Virus record (IMG/VR): IMGVR_UViG_3300049435_000050
Span: 1 to 64,000 of that record
DNA: 64,000 bases
Direction: 5' to 3' (one strand)
From: a virus
This document shows, in pieces, positions 49,160-58,159 of this stretch (the stretch's first letter is position 1; the number at the start of each line of letters is the position of its first letter). A program made the translations under genes and the position numbers. The notes under the pieces were generated by a model, which had not been told where the DNA came from, made no database searches, and saw only the letters and a program-made list of their open reading frames with translations.

Positions 49160-51543
49160 AATCCTTGAATATATCCAAAGCGGCCATCGATCAAATACCA
49201 CCATCTGTTGACAGCCGGATTAACCGCTGCCTGTATCGTAAAATCACTGTTGCCTCCCGCATTTACAGCGCGAACTACAAAGTTTGTTGGTGACTGCGTG
49301 GCGGTAGGTGTGCCACTGACTACCCCGGTTGTACTTGATAGCGATAACCCAACGGGTAGTGTACCCGACAACAAACTGTACGATGTGGAAATTCCCCCAC
49401 TGTTGGTAGGCGATATTGGAGTTATAGGCTGTCCCTGCACATAAATGACGCTGCTGTAGACATAGCTAATCGATGGTGCAGGAATTTGATTAATTGCGAC
49501 GGTAACGTGTGTTGTTGAACTTCCCCCTGAATTAGAGCCTACAATCGTATAAGATGTGCTACCTGATACAACCGTTCCAGTTCCGCTTATAACTCCATTT
49601 GAAGTGCTGAAATTGAGCGAGGCGGGCAAAGCGGGGCTAATAGTAAATCCTGTAGCAGCCCCACCAACATTTATTGGTGACATATTCGTGATCGCTACGT
49701 TAATCGTTCCTGTTTGTGAACTTGGAGAGTACGAGATATTTGGCGGTGTTACAGCAGGCGGAATAACACTGATTGATATAGGAAACACAGACGAACCACC
49801 TGCATTTTGTGCAGTAATATTATATGCCGTTGCTGATTGTGTTACGCTTGGCGTGCCTGAGATTACCCCGGTACTTGTGTTTAGGGATAGGCCTGAAACA
49901 AGTGCAGGTGATACACTATAGCTGCTTACAAGACCACCTGAGTTGGCAGGACTTAGCGGCACAATGGCACTATTTTGTGTAAAGGTAAAAGGACTTCCTG
50001 CATAGCTTATGCTTGGTTTAACAGGCAAAACTGTGATCGTCACCCCGGCATTTGAACTTCCTGAACTATTTGAGGCCGTAACCGTGTACACTACTGCTGT
50101 CTGTACCACGCTTGGAGTCCCGCTGAATGTGCCTGAATTAAAGGTAATGCCTGTGGGAACACTTGGGCTTACTGACCATGTAGTTATCGCTCCACCGGTA
50201 TTGGACGCGCTCAGAGGCGTTATAGCAGTGTTTACGGTCTTAGTAATGGTATTGGGGGAATAAGATATGGATGGCTTTACTATTACCGGGGCTTGGGTCT
50301 TGATATTAATTACCGTAGTTCCCGTACCACCGCCATTAAGGGCGCTCACCGTATAGTTTGTAGCTGTCGTAACAGTGCTTGGGTTTCCCGAGATAATGCC
50401 TGTAGTGGCAGATATGACAAGGCCAGTGGGTAACGCAGGGCTGACTGACCACTGATTGCTACCGCCGCCAGTATTTGTTGGTATAATGCTTGCTATTGCT
50501 GTACCTGTAGTAAAGGTATAAGTTGCCGGAGTATAGGATATTATAGGTATAGGTACGGTTACGGAGCAAGTGCCAAACAATGGTACAGGCAACATAGCTG
50601 CCGTTATAGTTGGGTCTGCTTTCCCTGCCGGAGTATTGGTATTCCATCCATTGGGCGCAAACGCCGTGTTAGGGTCGAACCAAATGGAAGATGTTTGTCC
50701 TGCCGCATTAATAAAATTAATCTTATTGTTAGCCATAGTGATGTTATAACTGGCAACAAAGGGATTAGTATAATTACCAAAGGCTAACCCCACAGTGGAC
50801 ACAGGTAGCCTATTGCTGTATATCCTGTTATTGGACATTATGATGTCATGACCGCCTTGAACTTGGCATCCTTCCATCCCCGCCGTTACATAAGTATTAA
50901 ATTCTCCGTCTTGAAAACTTCCCCCCAAATCGCCCAAAACTGTCCCCGCAAGCCCTGTTGACTCTGTACTACCACCCTCACACTCATTGTAAAAATGCTG
51001 CATGTAATCAGTCGATAACCCGTTCACTTTAAAGAAAGAAAACTGATCGCCTATGTTAACATTATTAGTGGTGTGGTAGGATTTGTTATAGTTAGCACGT
51101 AATCCGCCGCCTGATACGCCATTCCATTGTATTGAACAGCCCCCTTTGGTTGGCCTACCTACTTGCTCGCAGTTTTTAAAATAGTTGTAGTTGTTAACTA
51201 TGAAGCCATTTGTGACCGCCTGTACTAAGATACCATAAGAGTCATTTTCAAAATAACAGGTGTCTACTGTAATATTTGAGCCACCATGTATATCGACAGC
51301 ACCACTGTAAGATGCCGTAGAAGCGTTAATAAGCTTGCACTTAGTGATATGTATGTTGGTACAGTTTGTTAATCGTATACAGAACTGTCCCCCCGCCGCG
51401 TTGATACTGTCTCCGCTTATGGTTTGATTGGATACGTTTGACAGGGTTATAGTGGCGTGATTGGTGAAAGTACCGCATCCGGGAACGGCCTGTCCAAAGC
51501 ACCAAAAAGGCACAAGTAAAAGTAATAGGGTTAATCGCTTCAT
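49156..51543 (-). CDS. Secreted parallel beta-helix protein with five He_PIG-like Ig repeats
   Basis: Signal MKRLTLLLLLVPFWCFG|Q; 'NIHITKC', 'NITVDTCYF', 'NITMANNKI'; five 'P.ISY...SV.PALP.GL.....G.ISGTP' repeats. Confidence 0.85.
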   Translation of the reverse strand: MKRLTLLLLLVPFWCFGQAVPGCGTFTNHATITLSNVSNQTISGDSINAAGGQFCIRLTNCTNIHITKCKLINASTASYSGAVDIHGGSNITVDTCYFENDSYGILVQAVTNGFIVNNYNYFKNCEQVGRPTKGGCSIQWNGVSGGGLRANYNKSYHTTNNVNIGDQFSFFKVNGLSTDYMQHFYNECEGGSTESTGLAGTVLGDLGGSFQDGEFNTYVTAGMEGCQVQGGHDIIMSNNRIYSNRLPVSTVGLAFGNYTNPFVASYNITMANNKINFINAAGQTSSIWFDPNTAFAPNGWNTNTPAGKADPTITAAMLPVPLFGTCSVTVPIPIISYTPATYTFTTGTAIASIIPTNTGGGSNQWSVSPALPTGLVISATTGIISGNPSTVTTATNYTVSALNGGGTGTTVINIKTQAPVIVKPSISYSPNTITKTVNTAITPLSASNTGGAITTWSVSPSVPTGITFNSGTFSGTPSVVQTAVVYTVTASNSSGSSNAGVTITVLPVKPSISYAGSPFTFTQNSAIVPLSPANSGGLVSSYSVSPALVSGLSLNTSTGVISGTPSVTQSATAYNITAQNAGGSSVFPISISVIPPAVTPPNISYSPSSQTGTINVAITNMSPINVGGAATGFTISPALPASLNFSTSNGVISGTGTVVSGSTSYTIVGSNSGGSSTTHVTVAINQIPAPSISYVYSSVIYVQGQPITPISPTNSGGISTSYSLLSGTLPVGLSLSSTTGVVSGTPTATQSPTNFVVRAVNAGGNSDFTIQAAVNPAVNRWWYLIDGRFGYIQGL

Positions 51544-51574
51544 TGTAAATTAATTATGACTATAAATCTATGTA

Positions 51575-51970
51575 TTATTTTTTAGCAAACCAAGTAGCTA
51601 AAATTGCAGCAACCATTAAGGCTATTGTAATTGCGATCTGCGTAGTACTCATTCTGCCCGATGTGGCAGCCTGATTAGTTTGGAGGGCAAGCATCGCGGC
51701 AGCAACTTCTTTTTTGAATGACTCGAATAAAAGTGCCATCTGTGCAGCGGCCGCATCCTTGTTTTTTATCTCATTTTCAGCATTACGCATGATGAGTTCC
51801 CTAAATTCGCGGTCATGTGAAAGGGTTAATTGCTGTATTTCCTTGAGGTGTGATATTTGCCCGCGTGTAAATTCCTTTTCAGCAAGTGAAAGATCGTTAA
51901 GGCGCTTGACTTCGGTATCTACGTGTTGGATAGCGGCTTTGGTCGGATCTGGTAGTTTAGCCTTCGGCAT
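51575..51970 (-). CDS. Coiled-coil protein with C-terminal TM anchor
   Basis: Hydrophobic C-terminus ending KK. Confidence 0.65.
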   Translation of the reverse strand: MPKAKLPDPTKAAIQHVDTEVKRLNDLSLAEKEFTRGQISHLKEIQQLTLSHDREFRELIMRNAENEIKNKDAAAAQMALLFESFKKEVAAAMLALQTNQAATSGRMSTTQIAITIALMVAAILATWFAKK

Positions 51971-51971
51971 G

Positions 51972-52226
51972 TTATTTCCCTTTAGACAGAATCAAAGCAG
52001 TGAGTTTATCGATCTTCTCATGCAATGGGTTCATGTGGTCTTTAAACTTTTCATCCACTATACGCTGTATAGCTTCATCCCTGCTGTCAGACCAGTATTT
52101 GAAAACATAATAAATAGCCGTATGGGTAAGTCCATACAGAGTAGCCCACGGTAATAAATTCACTAAGACGATATACCACGGACTTTGAGGTGGTTCAGGT
52201 AAAGCCATTTCTCTATTATTATTCAT
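51972..52226 (-). CDS. Single-TM holin-like protein
   Basis: One TM plus short coiled coil; near lysis genes. Confidence 0.55.
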   Translation of the reverse strand: MNNNREMALPEPPQSPWYIVLVNLLPWATLYGLTHTAIYYVFKYWSDSRDEAIQRIVDEKFKDHMNPLHEKIDKLTALILSKGK

Positions 52227-52227
52227 G

Positions 52228-52587
52228 TTAAAACATTTTCAATCGCTTGCCACAGATCAATACTATCATAGTAACGCAAGCCACACCAGTATTAAAACAC
52301 CAAAACTTCGTTATCGGGTCAATTAACAATTGATGATGGTTCAAGATAATCAAAATATAATTAATAATTAAAGTCCAAAAGCATATTAAGTTAAATTCCT
52401 TGTGCCAAATACTTTCAAACCCTGTTCGTTGGTCTATGTAAAAGAATAACAACATAGCTAAGTTTAAATAGTTGTAGAACAACTTCTTTTGCTCTATAGG
52501 CACATCTGGATTTGTCAATTGAAGTATATACAGGCTAAAAAGCACACAATATAACAAAATTGCCCCTATGCATAATAACGACCTCAT
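52228..52587 (-). CDS. Four-TM membrane protein
   Basis: Likely start MRSLLC at 52587 (ATGA overlap); four hydrophobic segments. Confidence 0.7.
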   Translation of the reverse strand: MRSLLCIGAILLYCVLFSLYILQLTNPDVPIEQKKLFYNYLNLAMLLFFYIDQRTGFESIWHKEFNLICFWTLIINYILIILNHHQLLIDPITKFWCFNTGVACVTMIVLICGKRLKMF

Positions 52588-52706
52588 TCGCCAATATCTG
52601 GGACGCACTTCCCTTGTGAGTTGCGATAATAACCTGGTGGGCAAGCAGGAGGATCGGTCATTGGTTTCACCACCGGCTTCTTTGTTTTTGTTGTTTTCTT
52701 TGCCAT
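52584..52706 (-). CDS. 40-aa basic peptide with a Cys pair
   Basis: MAKKTTKTKKPVVKPMTDPPACPPGYYRNSQGKCVPDIGE; A-rich start; coupled to the next gene. Confidence 0.7.
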   Translation of the reverse strand: MAKKTTKTKKPVVKPMTDPPACPPGYYRNSQGKCVPDIGE

Positions 52707-52993
52707 TTTTTTAATTATTTTCGTTAGTAAGTCTTTCAAGTTCCTCTCTGCGCTTTTTCAACATAGCCACCATATCCATTCTGTGCTGGCTTGGGTCGCA
52801 ATCATCTAAGGCATCTGTTAAAAACTCGATGTCGTCTATCAGGATTAAGGTTAAGAGCTTTTTCATTAAGGTAATAATTTTTTATAAGCATCGCATCTAC
52901 TTGCTTCTATTTCTTCCTCTGTGGCCTTTGTCAACTGGCTTTTCCGTCTATTATTACTACACCGGATACGCTTAGCCATTGCCGTGATTATTT

Positions 52994-53287
52994 TTAAATT
53001 TCTTCTAACCATCGCTTTTTACCATCAACCAAAATATGGCAGTCGCCATCCCCGTTGCAGATAACGTCACATTCTTTAAAGTTGTAATCAACCACATTCT
53101 TACTGAAATGATCACCCAATGGGCTGTCCATAGGTACTGACACCTGCCTTATAGTCACACTTTCGCCATGAATCTTATATTTGCCTTCGTTTATCAAGGC
53201 TGCAATGATGGATTTAAGTAAGGATATCTGCACGTCTTTGTGGTGAAGTTGTTTTTCTGTTTCGGTTATGGGGATTGCAGTTTTCAT
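52994..53287 (-). CDS. Hypothetical protein
   Basis: 97 aa in operon. Confidence 0.6.
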   Translation of the reverse strand: MKTAIPITETEKQLHHKDVQISLLKSIIAALINEGKYKIHGESVTIRQVSVPMDSPLGDHFSKNVVDYNFKECDVICNGDGDCHILVDGKKRWLEEI

Positions 53288-53289
53288 AA

Positions 53290-54648
53290 CTATGGTGTTA
53301 AATAACTATTAATTACTGGCCTGATTAACGAATCTACTCTTTGCGCTCCAATTAAGCTTAGATGCGTTTGTCCATCAAAAAAATAAACTGTATTAGTCGG
53401 ATCGGATAGGTGCGGGTCTGCATTAATGTCCAAAAGTGTATCTACGGCTAGTGTATGCCACCTATTTCGATATCGGTTGTTGATCGTGTCGGTTAGTGAT
53501 TGAGCATAAACGGTAGTATTTAGCAATGTTAATAAAACCACCTTGTATCCGGCCGCTCTTGCCAATGAACATATTCTAACTGTTTGATTATATAAAGTGT
53601 CTATTCCGACATGATTGGGCGCTACAGTAAGATTATTATGTCCAATTAGCAAAGAATAACACATTTTTACTCTTGGCTGAGCTTTATTTACAACTTCACT
53701 ATTTAAGCTGTCGATGACATTTTGAGAGTTACGTCCTGAAACAGCTGAATTAATAAGATAAAGGTATCTCGTAGAAGGCAATAAATCGATAAGCGTATAA
53801 ACAGGATAGTTATAAGATGGTGAACCTTGTGCTGTGGCTGTTATACTATCGCCCCCGGAATTCCATAATCCCGGTATTGGTGTAATATATCTTGCTATTA
53901 AATATGTAGTTAGTGTTAATACCTCTGAATCAGACAACTGCCTGTCGTAAACAAGTATGCGCGATATATCGCCTATGAAATAGTTCAGTCCCGTTATTTT
54001 CCCTATTATATGGCCGCCTGTCGGGGCTATTGGGTTGGCTGTTAAATTTAATGGCGTGAATTTATTAGCTAAACAGTTATATATTTTTGTATTGGACGCA
54101 GAATGAGAACAAACTACAATCTCATCCACATCATTCCCCGTAAAAAAATCAGCCGATTCCTCTGAAGTGACACCCGGATAGTACACCCCTGAATTAATGC
54201 CTCGCGTAGACCCCAAAAAATCAACTAATCCATATCCGTTATTAGTATTTCCATTTTGAAAAGTCCCCAAATTGGAATTTGCTGAAACCATAGGCGATAC
54301 GCGCCTGATAATTACCATTGTGAAATTCGTACTTGAAGTGGGCAGATTCCCCGCCAAAAACTGCCCACCTGAAAATGTTGCATATGCATTATTTCCACTG
54401 CCCCCATTATGGTGATATATTGGCTGTTTTGTCGTGTCCGACTGTGAAGAAATGATCGATCCTACCGCGTCTGTGATCTGCGTAATTTTATTGTGATAAG
54501 TAACTACCGAATTTTGATTAGAGAAATCAAAATCTGTTATAAGATTGCTTATTGAAGGCAATGATGTACTTGTCTGAATAATCTTTCTGTTGATTTTTTG
54601 GCCAAGTACCGATAAAGGAAATAGTAATAAAAATAATATAAACTTCAT
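53290..54648 (-). CDS. Secreted LamG-like + SGNH/GDSL esterase protein
   Basis: Signal ..PLSVLG|Q; 'GDISRILVYDRQLS' (LamG); 'GDSIT', 'AVSG', 'IGHNN', 'DGQTHLS..G' (SGNH blocks). Confidence 0.8.
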   Translation of the reverse strand: MKFILFLLLFPLSVLGQKINRKIIQTSTSLPSISNLITDFDFSNQNSVVTYHNKITQITDAVGSIISSQSDTTKQPIYHHNGGSGNNAYATFSGGQFLAGNLPTSSTNFTMVIIRRVSPMVSANSNLGTFQNGNTNNGYGLVDFLGSTRGINSGVYYPGVTSEESADFFTGNDVDEIVVCSHSASNTKIYNCLANKFTPLNLTANPIAPTGGHIIGKITGLNYFIGDISRILVYDRQLSDSEVLTLTTYLIARYITPIPGLWNSGGDSITATAQGSPSYNYPVYTLIDLLPSTRYLYLINSAVSGRNSQNVIDSLNSEVVNKAQPRVKMCYSLLIGHNNLTVAPNHVGIDTLYNQTVRICSLARAAGYKVVLLTLLNTTVYAQSLTDTINNRYRNRWHTLAVDTLLDINADPHLSDPTNTVYFFDGQTHLSLIGAQRVDSLIRPVINSYLTP

Positions 54649-57600
54649 TATTTTTGAGTTATGGTTGAAATCGCATCATACGTTACTGTGCCTGTCACGG
54701 TTGCCGTGACAGTTATGGTTGAACCCGATTTACACCATATAACTGAAGGCGCGAAATCAGAAACAGAGATTGCCGTTAATGCCGTATATGTTTTAGATTG
54801 GCTTGTGTTATTTTCATCAGTATATGTAAAAGATAAAGTTAATGTCCCCGCAGTTACTGCGGTTATATCTGCTGCAATATTTACAGTGTATAACCCGGCA
54901 TAAGTTGTTGTAAATGATTGTACGGTCTGCGTAGTTGTTTGCGCAGTTTTACTACCTGATATATCCCACGGTGCGTTAAACACCGTTGATCCAATATTCA
55001 TTGAGAATAAACCATTTTGTAGCATTTGAAAGTAAGGTTGGCCAGTTGTGTAAAAAACCAATCCTTTATTAGTCCCAACGCCTGCCACATTAGTTACAAA
55101 CCATGTAGCTCCAGGGCCTAAGAATTCTGCCTGCGTTGTGCTGGAAAATATGGCGCCATTTCCTCCTGCATTATTATAAGTAATGCTTCCTGTAGTTGTC
55201 GAATTTCCAGATATATTAAACGATGCAGGTTGAACTACAATTGAATTCGTTTTTATAAAAGAGTTCTCAGGGACAGTATACGCATTAAAGTAAGTACCGT
55301 CATAAACTACTTGCAGTATTTGGCCAGCTACAATATCGCCACTTTGTAATGTAGAAGTAGACTGCCTGTTAAGCGCTTTTACGCCCAAAGAATTTAAGTT
55401 CAATGTTGCAGTACTTGTGTTCGCATTTGTAAATTTTATTAAATAAGTATCGCCTGCGTTATATGCTACTGGTGCCGGGCTAATAGTAGCCGTATATGTA
55501 TTAGTACCGGACGCAACAGCGTATAAAATGCCACCTGACCCGCCAAAATATTGAGGGATATTTAAAGTGCTACCAACCAATGTTGCCGCACCTGCTGTAC
55601 CCGTTGTTGTCAGAATTATCGACTCCTGCTTACCTGCTAATGCCGTAAACACCCCACCTGATCGAACAGGAAACAAACTGCCTGCCGTAGGAGTAGAATC
55701 AATAGCTAAAGTAAATGGATTACCCACGCTTCCATCCCCTGTAAATGTTCCGGTAGCAAAGTTAACAGCCGGGTAATATTGAACTGACCAAGATGCGGCA
55801 GTCGTTCCAGATGTAAGGATGCAAGTATAAATAGCGGCTGAAGTGCCGATCATAGTTTGCACTAAGTTAGAGCCCGATGAGTTAACGGTTACATTCCCTG
55901 TGCTGTTATTAACTATTAAAAATTGCTGATATTGAGTTAGCGTTGACGCAACAGGTAAAACAACTGTCTGTGTGGTAGTACCCGTAAAAAACGTTTGTGC
56001 GGGTGACGATACGGTGAGCGTTGTTGTACCGACTGCGGTGGCTATGGTTTGGCCGCCAGTTATAAAATTATTAGCAGAAAAATTAACATTTGCATCCCAT
56101 TTAGAAATTGTGCTTGCTGTTGGGGTTGATGTTCCCCCACCCCCTGAACCATTACTTGCCGCCGTTAACCTCCCCTTAGCATCTACTGTAATATTCGCAT
56201 TAGTGTAACTTCCTGCGCTTACGGCTGTATTAGCTAATGTTGCCGCTACGCTTCCCGGCCCTGATGCTGTAACGTCCCCTGTTAGGGCGGTGATATAGTT
56301 TCCTGATGCCTGTTTTCCGCTTATACCGGTAACTAAATTATTATAATCAGCCAGAAAGCCTGCCTTAGACTTTATTAATGTTGTATCAACTTTAAATGTA
56401 CTACTCCCCGAGGCGTCATATGTAGCTGTCCCAGAAACGAGCGCAATACCATATCCATAAGCTAAAGTTGCAAGGGTGGTATTGAAATTACTGGCAATAC
56501 TATGCCCAGCTATGGTAAAATCATGCTTATACCTTGTGTCCGTACGTGGGAATAGATTAGTTACTGTTTGCAACCCCGTTGACGAAGTATCGGTCCTTAT
56601 CGTATGATTAGGTGTAGTAGTAGGATTAGCCACACTGGAAATAATACCGAAGCCGTCTGTTTTCGAAAAGGAGGTTAACGTTCCTGTATGTAAAGCTGCC
56701 ACACTATCAGCCATGAACCTTGCTATACTGTCAACCTGTCTTTTTGATGGAATATAATTCCCTGTTGGAAGTAAATAAACACCATCGTAATAAGCAGCAT
56801 TTGCATCAATAGTGCTACTGAAGTGCATTCCCGACGTGCCTGTGTTAAACCCCTGGTTCCCTGATCCGTTAGTGAAGTTAACAGCGGCACTATTACTGCT
56901 TGCATTAACTGTGGCCGTGTTACCCGCACCATTACTGCCGTTTATTTGCGCCTGTGCTGTCGAGACATTGATTCCGTAATGATCTCCGCCTGGATTGGTT
57001 ATGTTAGTCCCGAAATTGTTAGCCCCCCATATCGTAGAGCCGTTTACGCCCCCGAAGTCTGTACCCGATATTGTAAAATTAAAATTATTTATGTCGATAG
57101 ACCTTGATGCCGTCAAAGACCCGCCAAGCCTTAAATTACCGCTGCTAAGCTGTACGCCGCCACCACTGGCCGTAAACGCAGGCGCGGCGCCTATCGTGTT
57201 ATAGCTAATCGTTTTCGCCCCCGAGCCGTCAAAAGTAGTCCCAGACGATGCCCCTGTGCCTGAATTGTTCATCGTAAGGGGGAAGGTTGTAGTGCCGCCG
57301 CCGCCACCAACCAAACTAATGGTATCATTAGAGATGGTAAACTGCGTGGGGTTGAAATGAGCCGCATTGGCAGTCAGTGTATCTATTAAAGCCTTGTGAG
57401 TCACAACACCCCCTTGTGACACCGTATCTATGCCGAAGTTTTGTCCGGTTAACGTAATTGGGAAAGTCGGTAGGTAGATTGCTTGGCTACTGAAAAACAG
57501 GTTACCAAATCCATCATCTTGTATTACCTCCCCGCTACGCCCGTGTCTGCTTGGAAATATGTATTCCCCCGCTACTTTTATGGTGTCTGTCCTTAATGTT

Positions 57601-58154
57601 CTTACCCATGGGTTAGCATAGGATTGTTGAACCAATGGAATAGAGAATACAAACTCATTAGCGGGGCCAGGTGGAATGATTACAGTCGAAGTAGGAGTAA
57701 TCAATACCGACCCAACAATAAGCGTGTCAGTACCAAAAGCTGGCTGTATAGGCGTTGGACTCAATATCCCTACCTTTATCCCTATGCCATTATTCGCTTT
57801 AGTGGCATATACTGTCTCGTATCGTGAATACACAGAGTCACGCGCTTGTAGTGTGAAGTTCGTATTACTACCGAGTGTGTAGATTTGGTTGTTTATGCGC
57901 CATGTACCTGTATGAACGGTTAGTGTGCTGCTGACTACAGTCATTGACAAACCTGTCAGGACTGTATTAGGAGGCGTGTAAGGGAATAGCGGATACCAAC
58001 CGAGGGTAGCACCATTGTACCACCAGCGCGTGCCTGTAGAAGGTTCGTTGTACAGCGTAGTCTGTGGTACTTGTACAGGGTTAACGGGTTGTGCCTGTTG
58101 TGCCATCACCCAAGCAGGCAGTAAAAGCAATATGAATAGTAAAATCTTTTTCAT
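54648..58154 (-). CDS. Tail-fibre-like protein with Sec signal peptide
   Basis: Signal MKKILLFILLLLPAWVMA|Q; fibre motif 'ALTGDVTASG.GS.AATLANTAV.AGSYTNANITVDAKGRLTAASNG'; Gly/Ser/Thr-rich. Confidence 0.8.
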   Translation of the reverse strand: MKKILLFILLLLPAWVMAQQAQPVNPVQVPQTTLYNEPSTGTRWWYNGATLGWYPLFPYTPPNTVLTGLSMTVVSSTLTVHTGTWRINNQIYTLGSNTNFTLQARDSVYSRYETVYATKANNGIGIKVGILSPTPIQPAFGTDTLIVGSVLITPTSTVIIPPGPANEFVFSIPLVQQSYANPWVRTLRTDTIKVAGEYIFPSRHGRSGEVIQDDGFGNLFFSSQAIYLPTFPITLTGQNFGIDTVSQGGVVTHKALIDTLTANAAHFNPTQFTISNDTISLVGGGGGTTTFPLTMNNSGTGASSGTTFDGSGAKTISYNTIGAAPAFTASGGGVQLSSGNLRLGGSLTASRSIDINNFNFTISGTDFGGVNGSTIWGANNFGTNITNPGGDHYGINVSTAQAQINGSNGAGNTATVNASSNSAAVNFTNGSGNQGFNTGTSGMHFSSTIDANAAYYDGVYLLPTGNYIPSKRQVDSIARFMADSVAALHTGTLTSFSKTDGFGIISSVANPTTTPNHTIRTDTSSTGLQTVTNLFPRTDTRYKHDFTIAGHSIASNFNTTLATLAYGYGIALVSGTATYDASGSSTFKVDTTLIKSKAGFLADYNNLVTGISGKQASGNYITALTGDVTASGPGSVAATLANTAVSAGSYTNANITVDAKGRLTAASNGSGGGGTSTPTASTISKWDANVNFSANNFITGGQTIATAVGTTTLTVSSPAQTFFTGTTTQTVVLPVASTLTQYQQFLIVNNSTGNVTVNSSGSNLVQTMIGTSAAIYTCILTSGTTAASWSVQYYPAVNFATGTFTGDGSVGNPFTLAIDSTPTAGSLFPVRSGGVFTALAGKQESIILTTTGTAGAATLVGSTLNIPQYFGGSGGILYAVASGTNTYTATISPAPVAYNAGDTYLIKFTNANTSTATLNLNSLGVKALNRQSTSTLQSGDIVAGQILQVVYDGTYFNAYTVPENSFIKTNSIVVQPASFNISGNSTTTGSITYNNAGGNGAIFSSTTQAEFLGPGATWFVTNVAGVGTNKGLVFYTTGQPYFQMLQNGLFSMNIGSTVFNAPWDISGSKTAQTTTQTVQSFTTTYAGLYTVNIAADITAVTAGTLTLSFTYTDENNTSQSKTYTALTAISVSDFAPSVIWCKSGSTITVTATVTGTVTYDAISTITQK

Positions 58155-58159
58155 TGTCC

